64,000 bases of DNA from Candidatus Altiarchaeota archaeon (GTDB lineage Archaea > Altiarchaeota > Altiarchaeia > IMC4 > QMZM01): positions 1-64,000 of the forward strand of contig JAWAEV010000001.1 of the NCBI GenBank assembly GCA_038891095.1. The letters run 5' to 3'. Each line of letters opens with the position of its first letter. The stretch's first letter is position 1. Under the pieces are notes generated by a model that worked only from the letters and a program-made list of their open reading frames with translations, did not search any database and had not been told where the DNA came from. A program made the translations under genes and the position numbers. Of this stretch, positions 19,939 to 29,654 are shown one piece after another.

Positions 19939-21066
19939 GATAGAAAATTATAGATATCTGAATTTAAGTACTTTAATCATTGTATACCTTTTAACTCAAT
20001 ATTTCTTGTCTTCGTCATAAATCAAGTCAGCTGGAATAACTCTAGCTTATTATGTTATGCCTCAGATTGTAAACAACATTGGCGTAACTCGCAATTTGTA
20101 GTTCATGGTTTAAACCCATACAAAGTTTGGAAAGAAGAGGGGATAAATTTACCTTTGCCTTATAGAGCAGATCATCCACCTTTTCTTTATGTTTTAATGC
20201 CTATTTTTGTCTGGATTTGGAACAATATTTGGGCCATTATACTTATATTCTTCTTTTTTGATTTCTTAAATTTAATTTTAATTTATTCTTTAGCAAAATT
20301 TAAAAAAATTTCCTCTTTACTTTATGTATTTTCTCCATCATTGTTTCGTGGTTTATTATTCTTAGAAGTTGAGATATTTACTATAGCATTTATATTAGCA
20401 AGTATTTATTTTTTCTACAGAAAAAGATATTTCCTCTCTACAATAATGTTAGCCCTCTCATTTAATCTACAAATTTTTCCAATAGTTTTGTTTCCAGTCT
20501 TGTTGCTCAATATGAATTTAATGAGAGAAAATGAAAATAAATTTTTTCCTAAAGTTGATTATAAAAAAATATTTAGATACTTAATAATTTTTATCTTAAC
20601 TTCAGTTATATGCCATCTCTTTTTCTTTCCAGAATGGAAAATTTTTTATGAATATAGAACTTTTGAGTATACCTTATCACAAAAAGGTACAGGAATTTGG
20701 GTGTTATTACAATTGTCACCTTCTAAATTTTATCTACCTATTTTAATCATTTCATTAGTCATCTTTTATTTTTTTACTTATATTAAAAATTTAAATATAG
20801 AATCAGGTTATTTTCTTGGGAGTTTACTTTTCATTAGTTTGTTCCCAAAATTCTCAGTTGATCATTTTATTATCATTTCCACATTATTTCTGATTTGGAC
20901 ACAATGGAGTAAAGCAGATGTATTTTTTTGGATTTTTTTCACGGTCGGAATATTCTTAGAATTTCTTAGTCTTTCAACAATAGGTATTGTTGATAAATTT
21001 ACAGGAACGCTAATATCTCTTTCAATTTTAATTGGATTTTATTTTGTTGTAATAAAAAACTTATGA
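19907..21066 (+). pseudogene. Multi-TM GT-C-type glycosyltransferase (GT87/PIG-M-like) with an apparent frameshift near 19995
   Basis: ATG at 19907 gives MFQKTSSFIHKIENYRYLNLSTLIIVYLLT and then stops. The adjacent frame continues SIFLVFVINQ...HGLNPYKVW...YRADHPPFLY into ORF 20155-21066 and has no ATG of its own there. Confidence 0.6.
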
Positions 21067-21105
21067 AAAATCTCAATTTTAAATTTCAAAATCAAATTTC
21101 TTACT

Positions 21106-22218
21106 ATGAAAATTCTCGTGACTGGTGGCGCTGGATTTATAGGATCTTTTTTAGTTGATAAACTGATTGATAAAGGTCATGAAGTTAGGATTTTTGATAA
21201 TTTAGAAGAGCAGGTACATCAAGGAAAAATTCCTGATTACTTGAATAAAAAAGCTGAATTTATTAAAGGTGATGTTCTTGAGTATAATGCTTTAAAGGAA
21301 GCAATTAAAGATTGCGAAGTTATTTTTCATGAAGCTGCGATGGTTGGAGTTGGTCAATCTCAATACCAACCAAAAAAATATGTTGATGCTAACATTAGCG
21401 GAACTGCGAATTTATTAGATATTCTTGTAAATGAAGAGCATAATGTGAAAAAATTGATTGTTGCATCATCAATGTCAATCTATGGTGAGGGTAGCTATGA
21501 ATGTGAAAATTGCGGCGTTATTGCTCCTGAATTAAGAAGTGAGGAACAAATGAAAAAAAATGATTGGGAAGTTCATTGCCCGAAATGCAAAAAAATTTTA
21601 AAGCCAATTCCGACAAATGAAGAAAAACCTTTACAAAGTAACTCAATCTATGCAATAACTAAAAAAACTCAAGAAGAAATGTGCCTTAATATTGGTAAAA
21701 CTTATTCTTTGCCAGTAGTTGCTCTTCGCTATTTTAATGTATTTGGTCCAAGGCAAAGTTTAAGTAACCCCTACACAGGAGTTGTTGCAATTTTCCTTAG
21801 CAGAATAAAAAACAATAATCCACCATTAATTTTTGAGGATGGTCTACAAAGTAGAGATTTCATTTCTGTGCATGATATTGTTGAAGCAAATATTTTAGCA
21901 ATGGAAAAAAATTCGGCAAATTATGAGAGCTTTAATGTTGGTTCTGGAAAAAGGATAACAATACTTGAAATAGCAAATATGTTAATTAAACTCCAAAATT
22001 CAAATGTTAAGCCAGAAGTAGTTGGAAAATTTAGAAAAGGGGATGTAAGACATTGCTTTGCAGATATTTCTAAAATTCAGAGAAAACTTGGTTTCAAGCC
22101 AAAATTTTCTTTTATTGATGGAATAAAAGAGCTGATATCATGGAGTGAAAAAGTGAAAGCGTATGATATGGTTGAGAAGGCAACTCAGGAACTGAAAGAA
22201 AAAGGATTACTTTCATAG
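21106..22218 (+). CDS. NAD-dependent epimerase/dehydratase with CxxC...CxxC insert
   Basis: TGGAGFIGS, ASSMSIYGEG, CENC...CPKC, YAITK, LRYFNVFGPRQ. Confidence 0.92.
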   Translation: MKILVTGGAGFIGSFLVDKLIDKGHEVRIFDNLEEQVHQGKIPDYLNKKAEFIKGDVLEYNALKEAIKDCEVIFHEAAMVGVGQSQYQPKKYVDANISGTANLLDILVNEEHNVKKLIVASSMSIYGEGSYECENCGVIAPELRSEEQMKKNDWEVHCPKCKKILKPIPTNEEKPLQSNSIYAITKKTQEEMCLNIGKTYSLPVVALRYFNVFGPRQSLSNPYTGVVAIFLSRIKNNNPPLIFEDGLQSRDFISVHDIVEANILAMEKNSANYESFNVGSGKRITILEIANMLIKLQNSNVKPEVVGKFRKGDVRHCFADISKIQRKLGFKPKFSFIDGIKELISWSEKVKAYDMVEKATQELKEKGLLS

Positions 22219-23766
22219 TTTACTTTCAACTCTTTTCATAAGTAAATTTGTAATGCGTAGAGAAATTTCTCTTGGAAATTTTAACTTTCTCAAAATAGCA
22301 GAGATTATTAAAACATCCTCTATCTTAAGCGCTTTAAATAACAGCAGAAATATTGAATAGGATAATGCCAAAAAAATTCCTGATGTTGTAAGAGAGAGTA
22401 AAGAATCCTGAATTAACTTCTTTGTTATTAGAACTATTGGTAAAGTTAAAAAAGCTGAAATTAAAACTTTCGATACTCTAGAAGAGGAAATTTTTATTTT
22501 TATTATTTTTTTAGTTTCAGAATATGAAAGCAAAAGCATTAATAAAGAGGATAACACTGTGGCAATTGCAGCACCCTCAATTTTTAATATAGGTATTAAT
22601 AGTAGATTCGCAATTACATTAAAAACAGAGGCTATTCCTTTGATAGATGCAACTTTTTTTGGATTTCCAGAAGAGCTCAATATTGTTGTGAATAAACTAT
22701 CTATTCCATATAAAAACATTGAAAATGCCATTATTTGAAATGCCAAAGCACCTTCTTCATATTCTCCTCTAAATAAAACAACTAAAATTTCTCTTGGAAA
22801 AGAGATAAAAACGGTGAAAATAGGTATAAAAAAAAGAAAGAAATTCTCCAAGAGATACGAGGATAATTTAGCTGCACCTTCTAAGTCTTTTCTACCGAAA
22901 TGTTCTGTAATTATCGGAGTAAAAATTGCAAGAAATGCTCCAAAGAAAATTAGCTCTACAGCAGCAGTTAGATTTGCAATGTAGTAAACTCCCAAAGCAG
23001 AAAAACCAACAAAAATTCTTATCATGAACATATCTGCCCAGCCAAGAATATTATCTGCTGTTGAAGTCAATGAAAGTGGAAGTCCAAATTTAAAAAATTT
23101 TTTTGTTAAATCAAAACTAAACTTTCCATCAAGTCCAAATTTTTTTAGAACATAAATAGCAGATAACAAAGTTGGGAGTAGAACTGACATAGTTAAGACG
23201 AAAACAACATTTTGTATTGAAATAGAAATTCCAAAGATGATAAGGAGTGCAATAAAAATTGGTCTAAAAATTTCTAAAAGCAATCCAAATAACCTTGATA
23301 TATGAGGCCTTCTAAAGCCAGAAATAACAGAATTGAAAAAAAGGTAAAAAGAAAAAACTATAAAAAGAAAACAAACAAGTAAAAATTCTTCTCTCTTCAA
23401 TGAAAGAAAATTTGGAAAGAAGTTATTTAAGAATAAAAAAATGGATAAAGATGGAAGAATTAGAAGTATTACTAAAATTATACCTGTATATAAAGAAGAA
23501 TTAACCTTTTCTTTATCACCTCTGCCACGATAGAATGCAATATATCTAGAAACAGAAGCAGGTATGCCAAAGAGTAGTATATGAGCAGAGAAGGTTACAA
23601 TCCCCCAAGCTAATGTGAAAATTCCATAGTTTTCAGTTGAGATGTATTTTGTTAGAATCATATTAAACAGCCAACCAGCAAATTTACCAAGAATACTAAG
23701 AGATAGTATAAAAATTCCTGTTTTCAATATAATCTTGTTTAACTTTTCGAAATTTTCTTGTGGCAT
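22213..23766 (-). CDS. Wzx/MOP-family oligosaccharide flippase
   Basis: About 14 TM helices, YGIFTLA, GIPASVSRYIA, DMFMI...LGVYY, LLIPILKIEGAAIAT. Confidence 0.9.
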   Translation of the reverse strand: MPQENFEKLNKIILKTGIFILSLSILGKFAGWLFNMILTKYISTENYGIFTLAWGIVTFSAHILLFGIPASVSRYIAFYRGRGDKEKVNSSLYTGIILVILLILPSLSIFLFLNNFFPNFLSLKREEFLLVCFLFIVFSFYLFFNSVISGFRRPHISRLFGLLLEIFRPIFIALLIIFGISISIQNVVFVLTMSVLLPTLLSAIYVLKKFGLDGKFSFDLTKKFFKFGLPLSLTSTADNILGWADMFMIRIFVGFSALGVYYIANLTAAVELIFFGAFLAIFTPIITEHFGRKDLEGAAKLSSYLLENFFLFFIPIFTVFISFPREILVVLFRGEYEEGALAFQIMAFSMFLYGIDSLFTTILSSSGNPKKVASIKGIASVFNVIANLLLIPILKIEGAAIATVLSSLLMLLLSYSETKKIIKIKISSSRVSKVLISAFLTLPIVLITKKLIQDSLLSLTTSGIFLALSYSIFLLLFKALKIEDVLIISAILRKLKFPREISLRITNLLMKRVESKL

Positions 23767-23802
23767 ATCTTAATATTTTATCTAACAGGATATAAATTAA
23801 TT

Positions 23803-24762
23803 ATGCCGAGAATTTCTGTAATAATTCCAGCATACAATGAAGAGAAATACATTTCAAGATGTTTAGATTCCTTATTGAAGCAAACTTATGAAGATTTTGA
23901 GATTATAGCGATAGATGATGGTAGTAAAGATAAAACCTCAGAGATCCTGAAAAGTTATGAAAAAAAATACAAAAAAATAAAGGTTTTGTCTCAAGAGCAT
24001 AAAGGTCCTGGAGAAGCCAGAAATTTTGGAGCAAAAAAAGCGATTGGTGAGATTCTCATTTTTGTTGATGCTGATATGGAGTTTGATAAGGATTATGTGA
24101 AAAATTTAACAAAACCGATATTAGAAGGAAAGTGCATAGGAACAACACATGCTTATGAATATGTAGCTAATAAAGAGAATATCTGGGCAAGATGCTGGGG
24201 AACGGCGAACAGAAGTAAAATAGATGAAAATGCTGTTGAATCCAGATTTTTCAGAGCAATATTAAAGGAGGAATTATCAAATGTTGGTTTCTTTGAGCCA
24301 AGAACAGGATATTTTGACGATTCTAACACTTTTAAGAAAATTAACAAAAAAGGATTAGTTGTGAGAGATGCTATCTGCTATCATTACAATCCTTCTTCTT
24401 TAGCCGAAGTTTTTTTTCATTCTGCTTGGATTGGCGGTTCTGTGCTCATTGAGTTAAAAAACAATCTGAGAAGACTTAAAAAACCCAAGTTTTTTTTACC
24501 AGTTGTGACAATGTCGTTTCTATTGATTTTTGGCATTTTTTTTAAACAGAAATTGTTAGAAATACTTCTAATTTCATCTTTTTTGATGATAATGCTACTG
24601 ACGCTAAACAGAGTAGTTAAAGAAAAATATGTAAATTATCTGCTATTCTTACCAATTTTTTACATTGTAAAATTTTTCGGGTTGATTTATGGTGCTATAA
24701 GACAGATTCCAAACATAATCATTAAAAAAATTCATGGTTTAGAGCTTGTATATAAATACTAA
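23803..24762 (+). CDS. GT2 glycosyltransferase with C-terminal TM segments
   Basis: IIPAYNEE, IDDGSKD, GPGEARNFG, FVDAD. Start moved to the ATG at 23803. Confidence 0.9.
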   Translation: MPRISVIIPAYNEEKYISRCLDSLLKQTYEDFEIIAIDDGSKDKTSEILKSYEKKYKKIKVLSQEHKGPGEARNFGAKKAIGEILIFVDADMEFDKDYVKNLTKPILEGKCIGTTHAYEYVANKENIWARCWGTANRSKIDENAVESRFFRAILKEELSNVGFFEPRTGYFDDSNTFKKINKKGLVVRDAICYHYNPSSLAEVFFHSAWIGGSVLIELKNNLRRLKKPKFFLPVVTMSFLLIFGIFFKQKLLEILLISSFLMIMLLTLNRVVKEKYVNYLLFLPIFYIVKFFGLIYGAIRQIPNIIIKKIHGLELVYKY

Positions 24763-24763
24763 A

Positions 24764-25822
24764 ATGCCAAAATTATCAGTAGTTATATTAAATTGGAATG
24801 GAAGCCATTATACTATTCCATGTATAAAATCCTTGCTAAATTCCTCATTTCAAGATTTTGAAATTGTACTAGTGGACAATGGCTCTGAGAGAAAGGATAT
24901 TAAAGCTATAGAAAATGAATTTGAAGGAAATGAAAAAATAAAAATTATAAAGAATAGTGAGAACAAAGGCTTTGCTGAAGGCAATAATATCGGCGTAAGA
25001 AATTCCTCTCCTGAAAGTAAATATGTTCTACTGCTGAATAATGATGCTGTTGTAAAGAAAGATTACCTAAAGGAGATGGTTGAAGCAATTGAAAGTAATA
25101 GTAGCATAGGAGCAGTTGGCATTGGTTATAGACCAAATTCAAAAGATGTGTTGCTGCATACTCTCTCTTTAGTTGGCTTTGATGTTGTTTATTATAACGA
25201 AAAATTTGTAAATGAGGGCATTTATCCAAAATTATATATCTCTGGAGCAAGATTTATGTTCAATAAATCTCTTATCAAAGAACCTTTTGATCCAGAGTAT
25301 TTTATTTATTGCGAAGATGTCTATTTAGGTTGGTTAATTTGGCTTAAAGGTTATAAAGTAATTGCAAAACATACAAAAAATCCTGAAGCAAGAATGATTC
25401 ACTATGGTGAGCATGTATTGCAAAAGAAAAAATCTTCTTTTTCAGTTTTCTTAGGAACAAGAAATAGACTTCTTAACATTTTTCTTTTCTATGAATTAAG
25501 AACTTTAATAAAATTATTGCCACTAATCTTCATAGCATATTTTATATATTTAATTTCAGAACCAAAATTCATTCTAACAAGAATGAAAGCATATCTTTGG
25601 TTCCCTACTAACTTTAAAAAAATTTTAGAAAAAAGAAAAAAAATTCAAATGCAAAGAAAAGTTCCTGATGAGGAAATTATAAAAGTGATGAGTTGTAAAT
25701 TCAAAAGCTATTATGATGTGAAAAATCCTTTTTTTAGAGGAGTTATAACGTTGATAAATAAAGTTTTTTATGTGTATTGCAAAATGGTTAATTTAAAAAC
25801 AATAGATATGATTATTTTTTAG
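24764..25822 (+). CDS. GT2 glycosyltransferase (rhamnosyltransferase-like)
   Basis: VILNWNG, VDNGS, GFAEGNNIG, LLNND, YCEDV. Start moved to the ATG at 24764. Confidence 0.9.
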   Translation: MPKLSVVILNWNGSHYTIPCIKSLLNSSFQDFEIVLVDNGSERKDIKAIENEFEGNEKIKIIKNSENKGFAEGNNIGVRNSSPESKYVLLLNNDAVVKKDYLKEMVEAIESNSSIGAVGIGYRPNSKDVLLHTLSLVGFDVVYYNEKFVNEGIYPKLYISGARFMFNKSLIKEPFDPEYFIYCEDVYLGWLIWLKGYKVIAKHTKNPEARMIHYGEHVLQKKKSSFSVFLGTRNRLLNIFLFYELRTLIKLLPLIFIAYFIYLISEPKFILTRMKAYLWFPTNFKKILEKRKKIQMQRKVPDEEIIKVMSCKFKSYYDVKNPFFRGVITLINKVFYVYCKMVNLKTIDMIIF

Positions 25823-26387
25823 CATAGACAATATATCCAAGAACATATTCATTAGAGGGTCTATCTAATTTTTTTATTATTGCGTTAAATCTTTGTAAAA
25901 CTCTTAGGATGCCCCTCGCTATAAGGTTCCAAACTACTGCTAATCTGCCCCCATGTGCTTCAACTTTAACTCCCTTGAAATTTCTAAATAACAACTTCAA
26001 AGAATCTTCAGTAAAGCGCCAATAATCATGAGAACAAGGGTGTATAGGATATAAGAACGGTACGCTCACTATGCAAATTCCATTAAATTTTAAAACTCTA
26101 TAAATCTCGTCTACAACTTTTTTTGGATCTTCTACATGTTCTAAAACTTCAGTGCAGATTACAGAATTAAATGTTTCGTCTCTAAATGGCAGAGTGTGAG
26201 CATCCCCAACAATATCTGGTTTAGAATTTTTACATATATCTATACATATGTATTGATTCTTAATGATGGTCCCATATGTTGCAGTGTTTTTTCCAGCACC
26301 TATATTCAGTGTTGGATATTCCAAATTTTTTATTAAATCGCTTATTTTTTCATTTATGTATGCCCTAGGCAAGGAGTAATAACCCAT
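25812..26387 (-). CDS. Class I SAM-dependent methyltransferase (type 11)
   Basis: LNIGAG, VGDAHTLPF, CTEVLEHV, VPFLYPIH..DYWRFT. Confidence 0.88.
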   Translation of the reverse strand: MGYYSLPRAYINEKISDLIKNLEYPTLNIGAGKNTATYGTIIKNQYICIDICKNSKPDIVGDAHTLPFRDETFNSVICTEVLEHVEDPKKVVDEIYRVLKFNGICIVSVPFLYPIHPCSHDYWRFTEDSLKLLFRNFKGVKVEAHGGRLAVVWNLIARGILRVLQRFNAIIKKLDRPSNEYVLGYIVYAKK

Positions 26388-26394
26388 TTTACTT

Positions 26395-27072
26395 TTAACT
26401 TTTTTTTACACCATAGGCAATTAGATGAACCGCTTTCTTTGGTGAACATTCTTTTGTTATTGCTCGCCCTATCTTTGATATGATAGGATAATTCTGATAT
26501 TTCACAAACTTAAGATATAAGGGGACATATCTTACATACCCAATAATTTTTATATCACTAAAATATTTACCTAATATTTCTCTCAATTGTTGCTCTGAGT
26601 AGTGTCTGTAGTGTTTTTTATTAACTCTAATTTTATTACTTACTGTTGAGAGGATAACTAAGCCATTTGGCTTGAGAACCTTTTTTATTTCTCTTAAAGT
26701 CTGTTCTTCTTTGTCTTTCTTTAGGTGCTCTATTGTATCTATAAGTGTAACAACGTCAAAATAACTCGCTTTAAATCCTAATCGATAAGAGTCCATTCTT
26801 ACAAACTTTGCATTAGGTACTAGGACTTTAGCAAACCTTAATGCTCTCTCAGAGTAATCTACACCATAAACCTCGGCACCTTCCTTCGCTAAGAACGAAG
26901 TAAATCTACCATCACCGCATCCAATATCTAAAATTTTTTTAGATTTTAGGTTACCAATAATGCGTATTACTATCTGTACTTTTAATAAATATTGCAAATT
27001 TGCAACTCCTCCTAACAACCAATGATATGGGCGATCGTACTCTTCTTCCTGTAGTTTCTCTTTATAATCCAT
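26395..27072 (-). CDS. Class I SAM-dependent methyltransferase
   Basis: ILDIGCGDG, GVDYS, FDVVTLIDTIEHL, LKPNG. Confidence 0.9.
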   Translation of the reverse strand: MDYKEKLQEEEYDRPYHWLLGGVANLQYLLKVQIVIRIIGNLKSKKILDIGCGDGRFTSFLAKEGAEVYGVDYSERALRFAKVLVPNAKFVRMDSYRLGFKASYFDVVTLIDTIEHLKKDKEEQTLREIKKVLKPNGLVILSTVSNKIRVNKKHYRHYSEQQLREILGKYFSDIKIIGYVRYVPLYLKFVKYQNYPIISKIGRAITKECSPKKAVHLIAYGVKKS

Positions 27073-27078
27073 TTTAAT

Positions 27079-28233
27079 TTAAAGCACGCTCTCAAAAAAA
27101 TCAAATATTTCCCTTGTCACAATTTTCCAATCATATCTTTTTGCTGTTTTTTTTGCAGTTTTACCTAATTCCCTTCTCAATTTTTCTGATTCTATTAATT
27201 TAGATACTGCATTGACAATCTCATCCGAACTATATCTCGGGATTATCAACGCGTCCTTATTATTTGTAAGATACTCCTCAACGCCTATTATGTCTGAAAT
27301 AATTATTGGTAAACCAGAAGCCATTGCCTCTAGAATAGTATTTGGAAAACCCTCATTCAATGAGGGATATAAATACAGATCTGATGCTGCATAATATTTT
27401 GGGATATGCTCCCTTGGAACATTCCCCACACTTATAATATAGTTAGAATACTTATGCGGTAATTTGAGGTTATATTGCATTTGTCCAACGATCATAAATC
27501 TGACATCCGGATGTATTTTAAATATCTCAGGCAATGCTTCTTCTATAAAGCCTGCCCCTTTTACAATAGAAAAACCACCAATAAATGATATAATAGTCTT
27601 ATCATTAAAATTATATTTTTCTCGAATTATTGAGCCATCTGAAGATTGAAATTTTTTTATATCTACTCCTGTACAGGGTATATGAACTGGCTTATTCTCT
27701 ATACTATATTCCTTTTTAAATTCCTGCCATAACCCCTTAGACTGACACAAAAATCCATTAGCATTTTTAATACACTTTGCCTCCAATAGATACTGCGGAT
27801 AAAATTTTACATAGGTCGCTATTCTCTTCATAAGACTAGGATAAAGCCGATTCCACATTTCTACTTCCAGAGAGATTGGAGTACTTCCAGATCTATATAC
27901 TAATTTGTGACCTAATCCGGCATATGCACCAAATGATATCCCTAAAACTAAATCAAAATTTAATTCTTTCTTTAGTTTTTTTAGTAATTTCTGTGCTCTA
28001 ATCCCAAAGCTTCTATATTCTATAACTCTGCGAAAAGTTTTAGAATGAATTATCGGAATTCTATAAATCTCCACATCATTAACAACTTCTCTTTCAGGTT
28101 CATTTTTTTCTTTAGAAGTAATTACTACTATATCATGCCCTTGAGTAAGAGCATTTTTAGAAAATTCTGAGATAAAGTTTGGTATGCCTCCCATACCCTC
28201 CCTAAAATACGGAAATGTTATAATAACATTCAT
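27079..28233 (-). CDS. GT4 glycosyltransferase
   Basis: GVDIKKF, KG, PSLNEGFPNTILEAMASGLP. Start set at the ATG at 28233. Confidence 0.92.
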   Translation of the reverse strand: MNVIITFPYFREGMGGIPNFISEFSKNALTQGHDIVVITSKEKNEPEREVVNDVEIYRIPIIHSKTFRRVIEYRSFGIRAQKLLKKLKKELNFDLVLGISFGAYAGLGHKLVYRSGSTPISLEVEMWNRLYPSLMKRIATYVKFYPQYLLEAKCIKNANGFLCQSKGLWQEFKKEYSIENKPVHIPCTGVDIKKFQSSDGSIIREKYNFNDKTIISFIGGFSIVKGAGFIEEALPEIFKIHPDVRFMIVGQMQYNLKLPHKYSNYIISVGNVPREHIPKYYAASDLYLYPSLNEGFPNTILEAMASGLPIIISDIIGVEEYLTNNKDALIIPRYSSDEIVNAVSKLIESEKLRRELGKTAKKTAKRYDWKIVTREIFDFFESVL

Positions 28234-28263
28234 ACTATTCAAATCTTTGTTAGTAAATTCTCC

Positions 28264-28353
28264 TTACTTAACACTGTAACCTCTCTTAACAAGTTCTATA
28301 GTAATATTTGAACCTATGAAACCTGCACCACAAGTTACAAGAACTTTACTCAT
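28264..28353 (-). pseudogene. N-terminal stub of an NAD-dependent epimerase/dehydratase
   Basis: Manual translation MSKVLVTCGAGFIGSNITIELVKRGYSVK*. Rossmann motif with a G->C change, ATGA-coupled to the upstream GT4 stop; the rest of the gene is absent. Confidence 0.85.
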
Positions 28354-29654
28354 TTTGGCATTATTCTTCTATACTCCTCTAAAATCTCTCTCCCAATTTT
28401 TTCAGGAGAAAATTCATTTTTGATTTTCTCCTTACAGTTTTTGCTCATCTCCTTATAAACATTAGAATTTTCAAGAATATATCTAATAGCTCTCGCTAAT
28501 TCATCAATTTCAAGATTTTTTAATAAAATTCCATTTTTCCCATCTTCAACAATCTCGGGATTTCCACCAACATTACTTGCTATTATAGGAATTCCATAAC
28601 TACATGCCTCAAGTAGCATCCTTGAGAGAGGTTCATAAAAAGTACACGGCAATACTACTAAATTTGTAATTGAATAATACTCCTTCATATACTCTGGTTT
28701 AACAAAGCCAACAAATTTTACTTTATCTTCCAATTTATATTCCTCTACTATTTTTTCTAAAGATCTATAATAAGGGGTTTTAAGTTTAGAGTAACTCCCT
28801 CTTCCTACCACTAAAAATACAGAGTCATCTATATATTTCATCGCTTTTATTACTATATGAACGCCCTTCTCTTGAGTTACTCTACCTGCGTAGAGGATAA
28901 TTTGCTTATTTTTGGATATACCTAATTTTTCTTTTAGATTTGTTTTTACTTTTTCTTGAAGAGGAATAGGGTTGTGTATAATCTTAAGTTTATTCTCATT
29001 AAATCCATTTTCAATAAAAAGTTTTTTTATTGCTTCACTAACTGGGAATAATTTATCTACTTTTTTAGTAAAGAATTTTCGCTCTTTCATATGAAGGACA
29101 CCATAGATAAACTTTATGAAACCGACCAGATATTTAATAAGCCCTATTCCTTTTTCTTTTTTTATAACACAACGGAGCATTTTTTTGGAAGAGCATTTTG
29201 TACATGAATTTCCTTTGTAATCAACACAATTGCCCGTATAGCAAATCCAAGGACTATTTACAGTCGCAAAACATGGAATTCCTCTTATTTTTAAAATCAA
29301 TGAAGTTATGATGATTGATTCCATATTGAGAAGATGCACTACATCTGGCCTAATTTGCTTAATAAATTTATTTGTATGATACGCTATTTGCAGGTACATA
29401 AATTCAAGATTGCAGATATGAGATATAAAAGGAAGATCAATATAAATTAGAGGGATACGAAAAATTTTTATACCATCCATCTCCTCTTCTTTATATTCTT
29501 TAGTGGTAAATGTTAACACAAAAACTTCCTGACCCAAATCTCTTAAAGCTTTTGTAATATAATACGCAGAAATTTGTCCTCCACCAGTTATATCAGGATA
29601 AAACCTTCTTGATATGAATAGAATTTTCAATTTTCTGCCTTTCTTTTTTTGCAA
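28350..29654 (-). CDS. GT4 glycosyltransferase with Cys-rich insert (true start possibly TTG at 29630)
   Basis: KILFISRRFYP..GGG, GRVTQEKG, EPLSRMLLEACSYGIP, SNVGGNPEIV. Confidence 0.92.
   Translation of the reverse strand: MQKKKGRKLKILFISRRFYPDITGGGQISAYYITKALRDLGQEVFVLTFTTKEYKEEEMDGIKIFRIPLIYIDLPFISHICNLEFMYLQIAYHTNKFIKQIRPDVVHLLNMESIIITSLILKIRGIPCFATVNSPWICYTGNCVDYKGNSCTKCSSKKMLRCVIKKEKGIGLIKYLVGFIKFIYGVLHMKERKFFTKKVDKLFPVSEAIKKLFIENGFNENKLKIIHNPIPLQEKVKTNLKEKLGISKNKQIILYAGRVTQEKGVHIVIKAMKYIDDSVFLVVGRGSYSKLKTPYYRSLEKIVEEYKLEDKVKFVGFVKPEYMKEYYSITNLVVLPCTFYEPLSRMLLEACSYGIPIIASNVGGNPEIVEDGKNGILLKNLEIDELARAIRYILENSNVYKEMSKNCKEKIKNEFSPEKIGREILEEYRRIMPK

Larger units (their letters stand above)
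18095..21140. repeat. 103-bp exact direct repeat (18095-18197 = 21038-21140); 17175-17218 also equals 18163-18206 (44 bp)
   Basis: TTTATTTTGTTGTAATAAAAAACTTATGAAAAATCTCAATTTTAAATTTCAAAATCAAATTTCTTACTATGAAAATTCTCGTGACTGGTGGCGCTGGATTTAT occurs twice with offset 2943. Confidence 0.95.
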
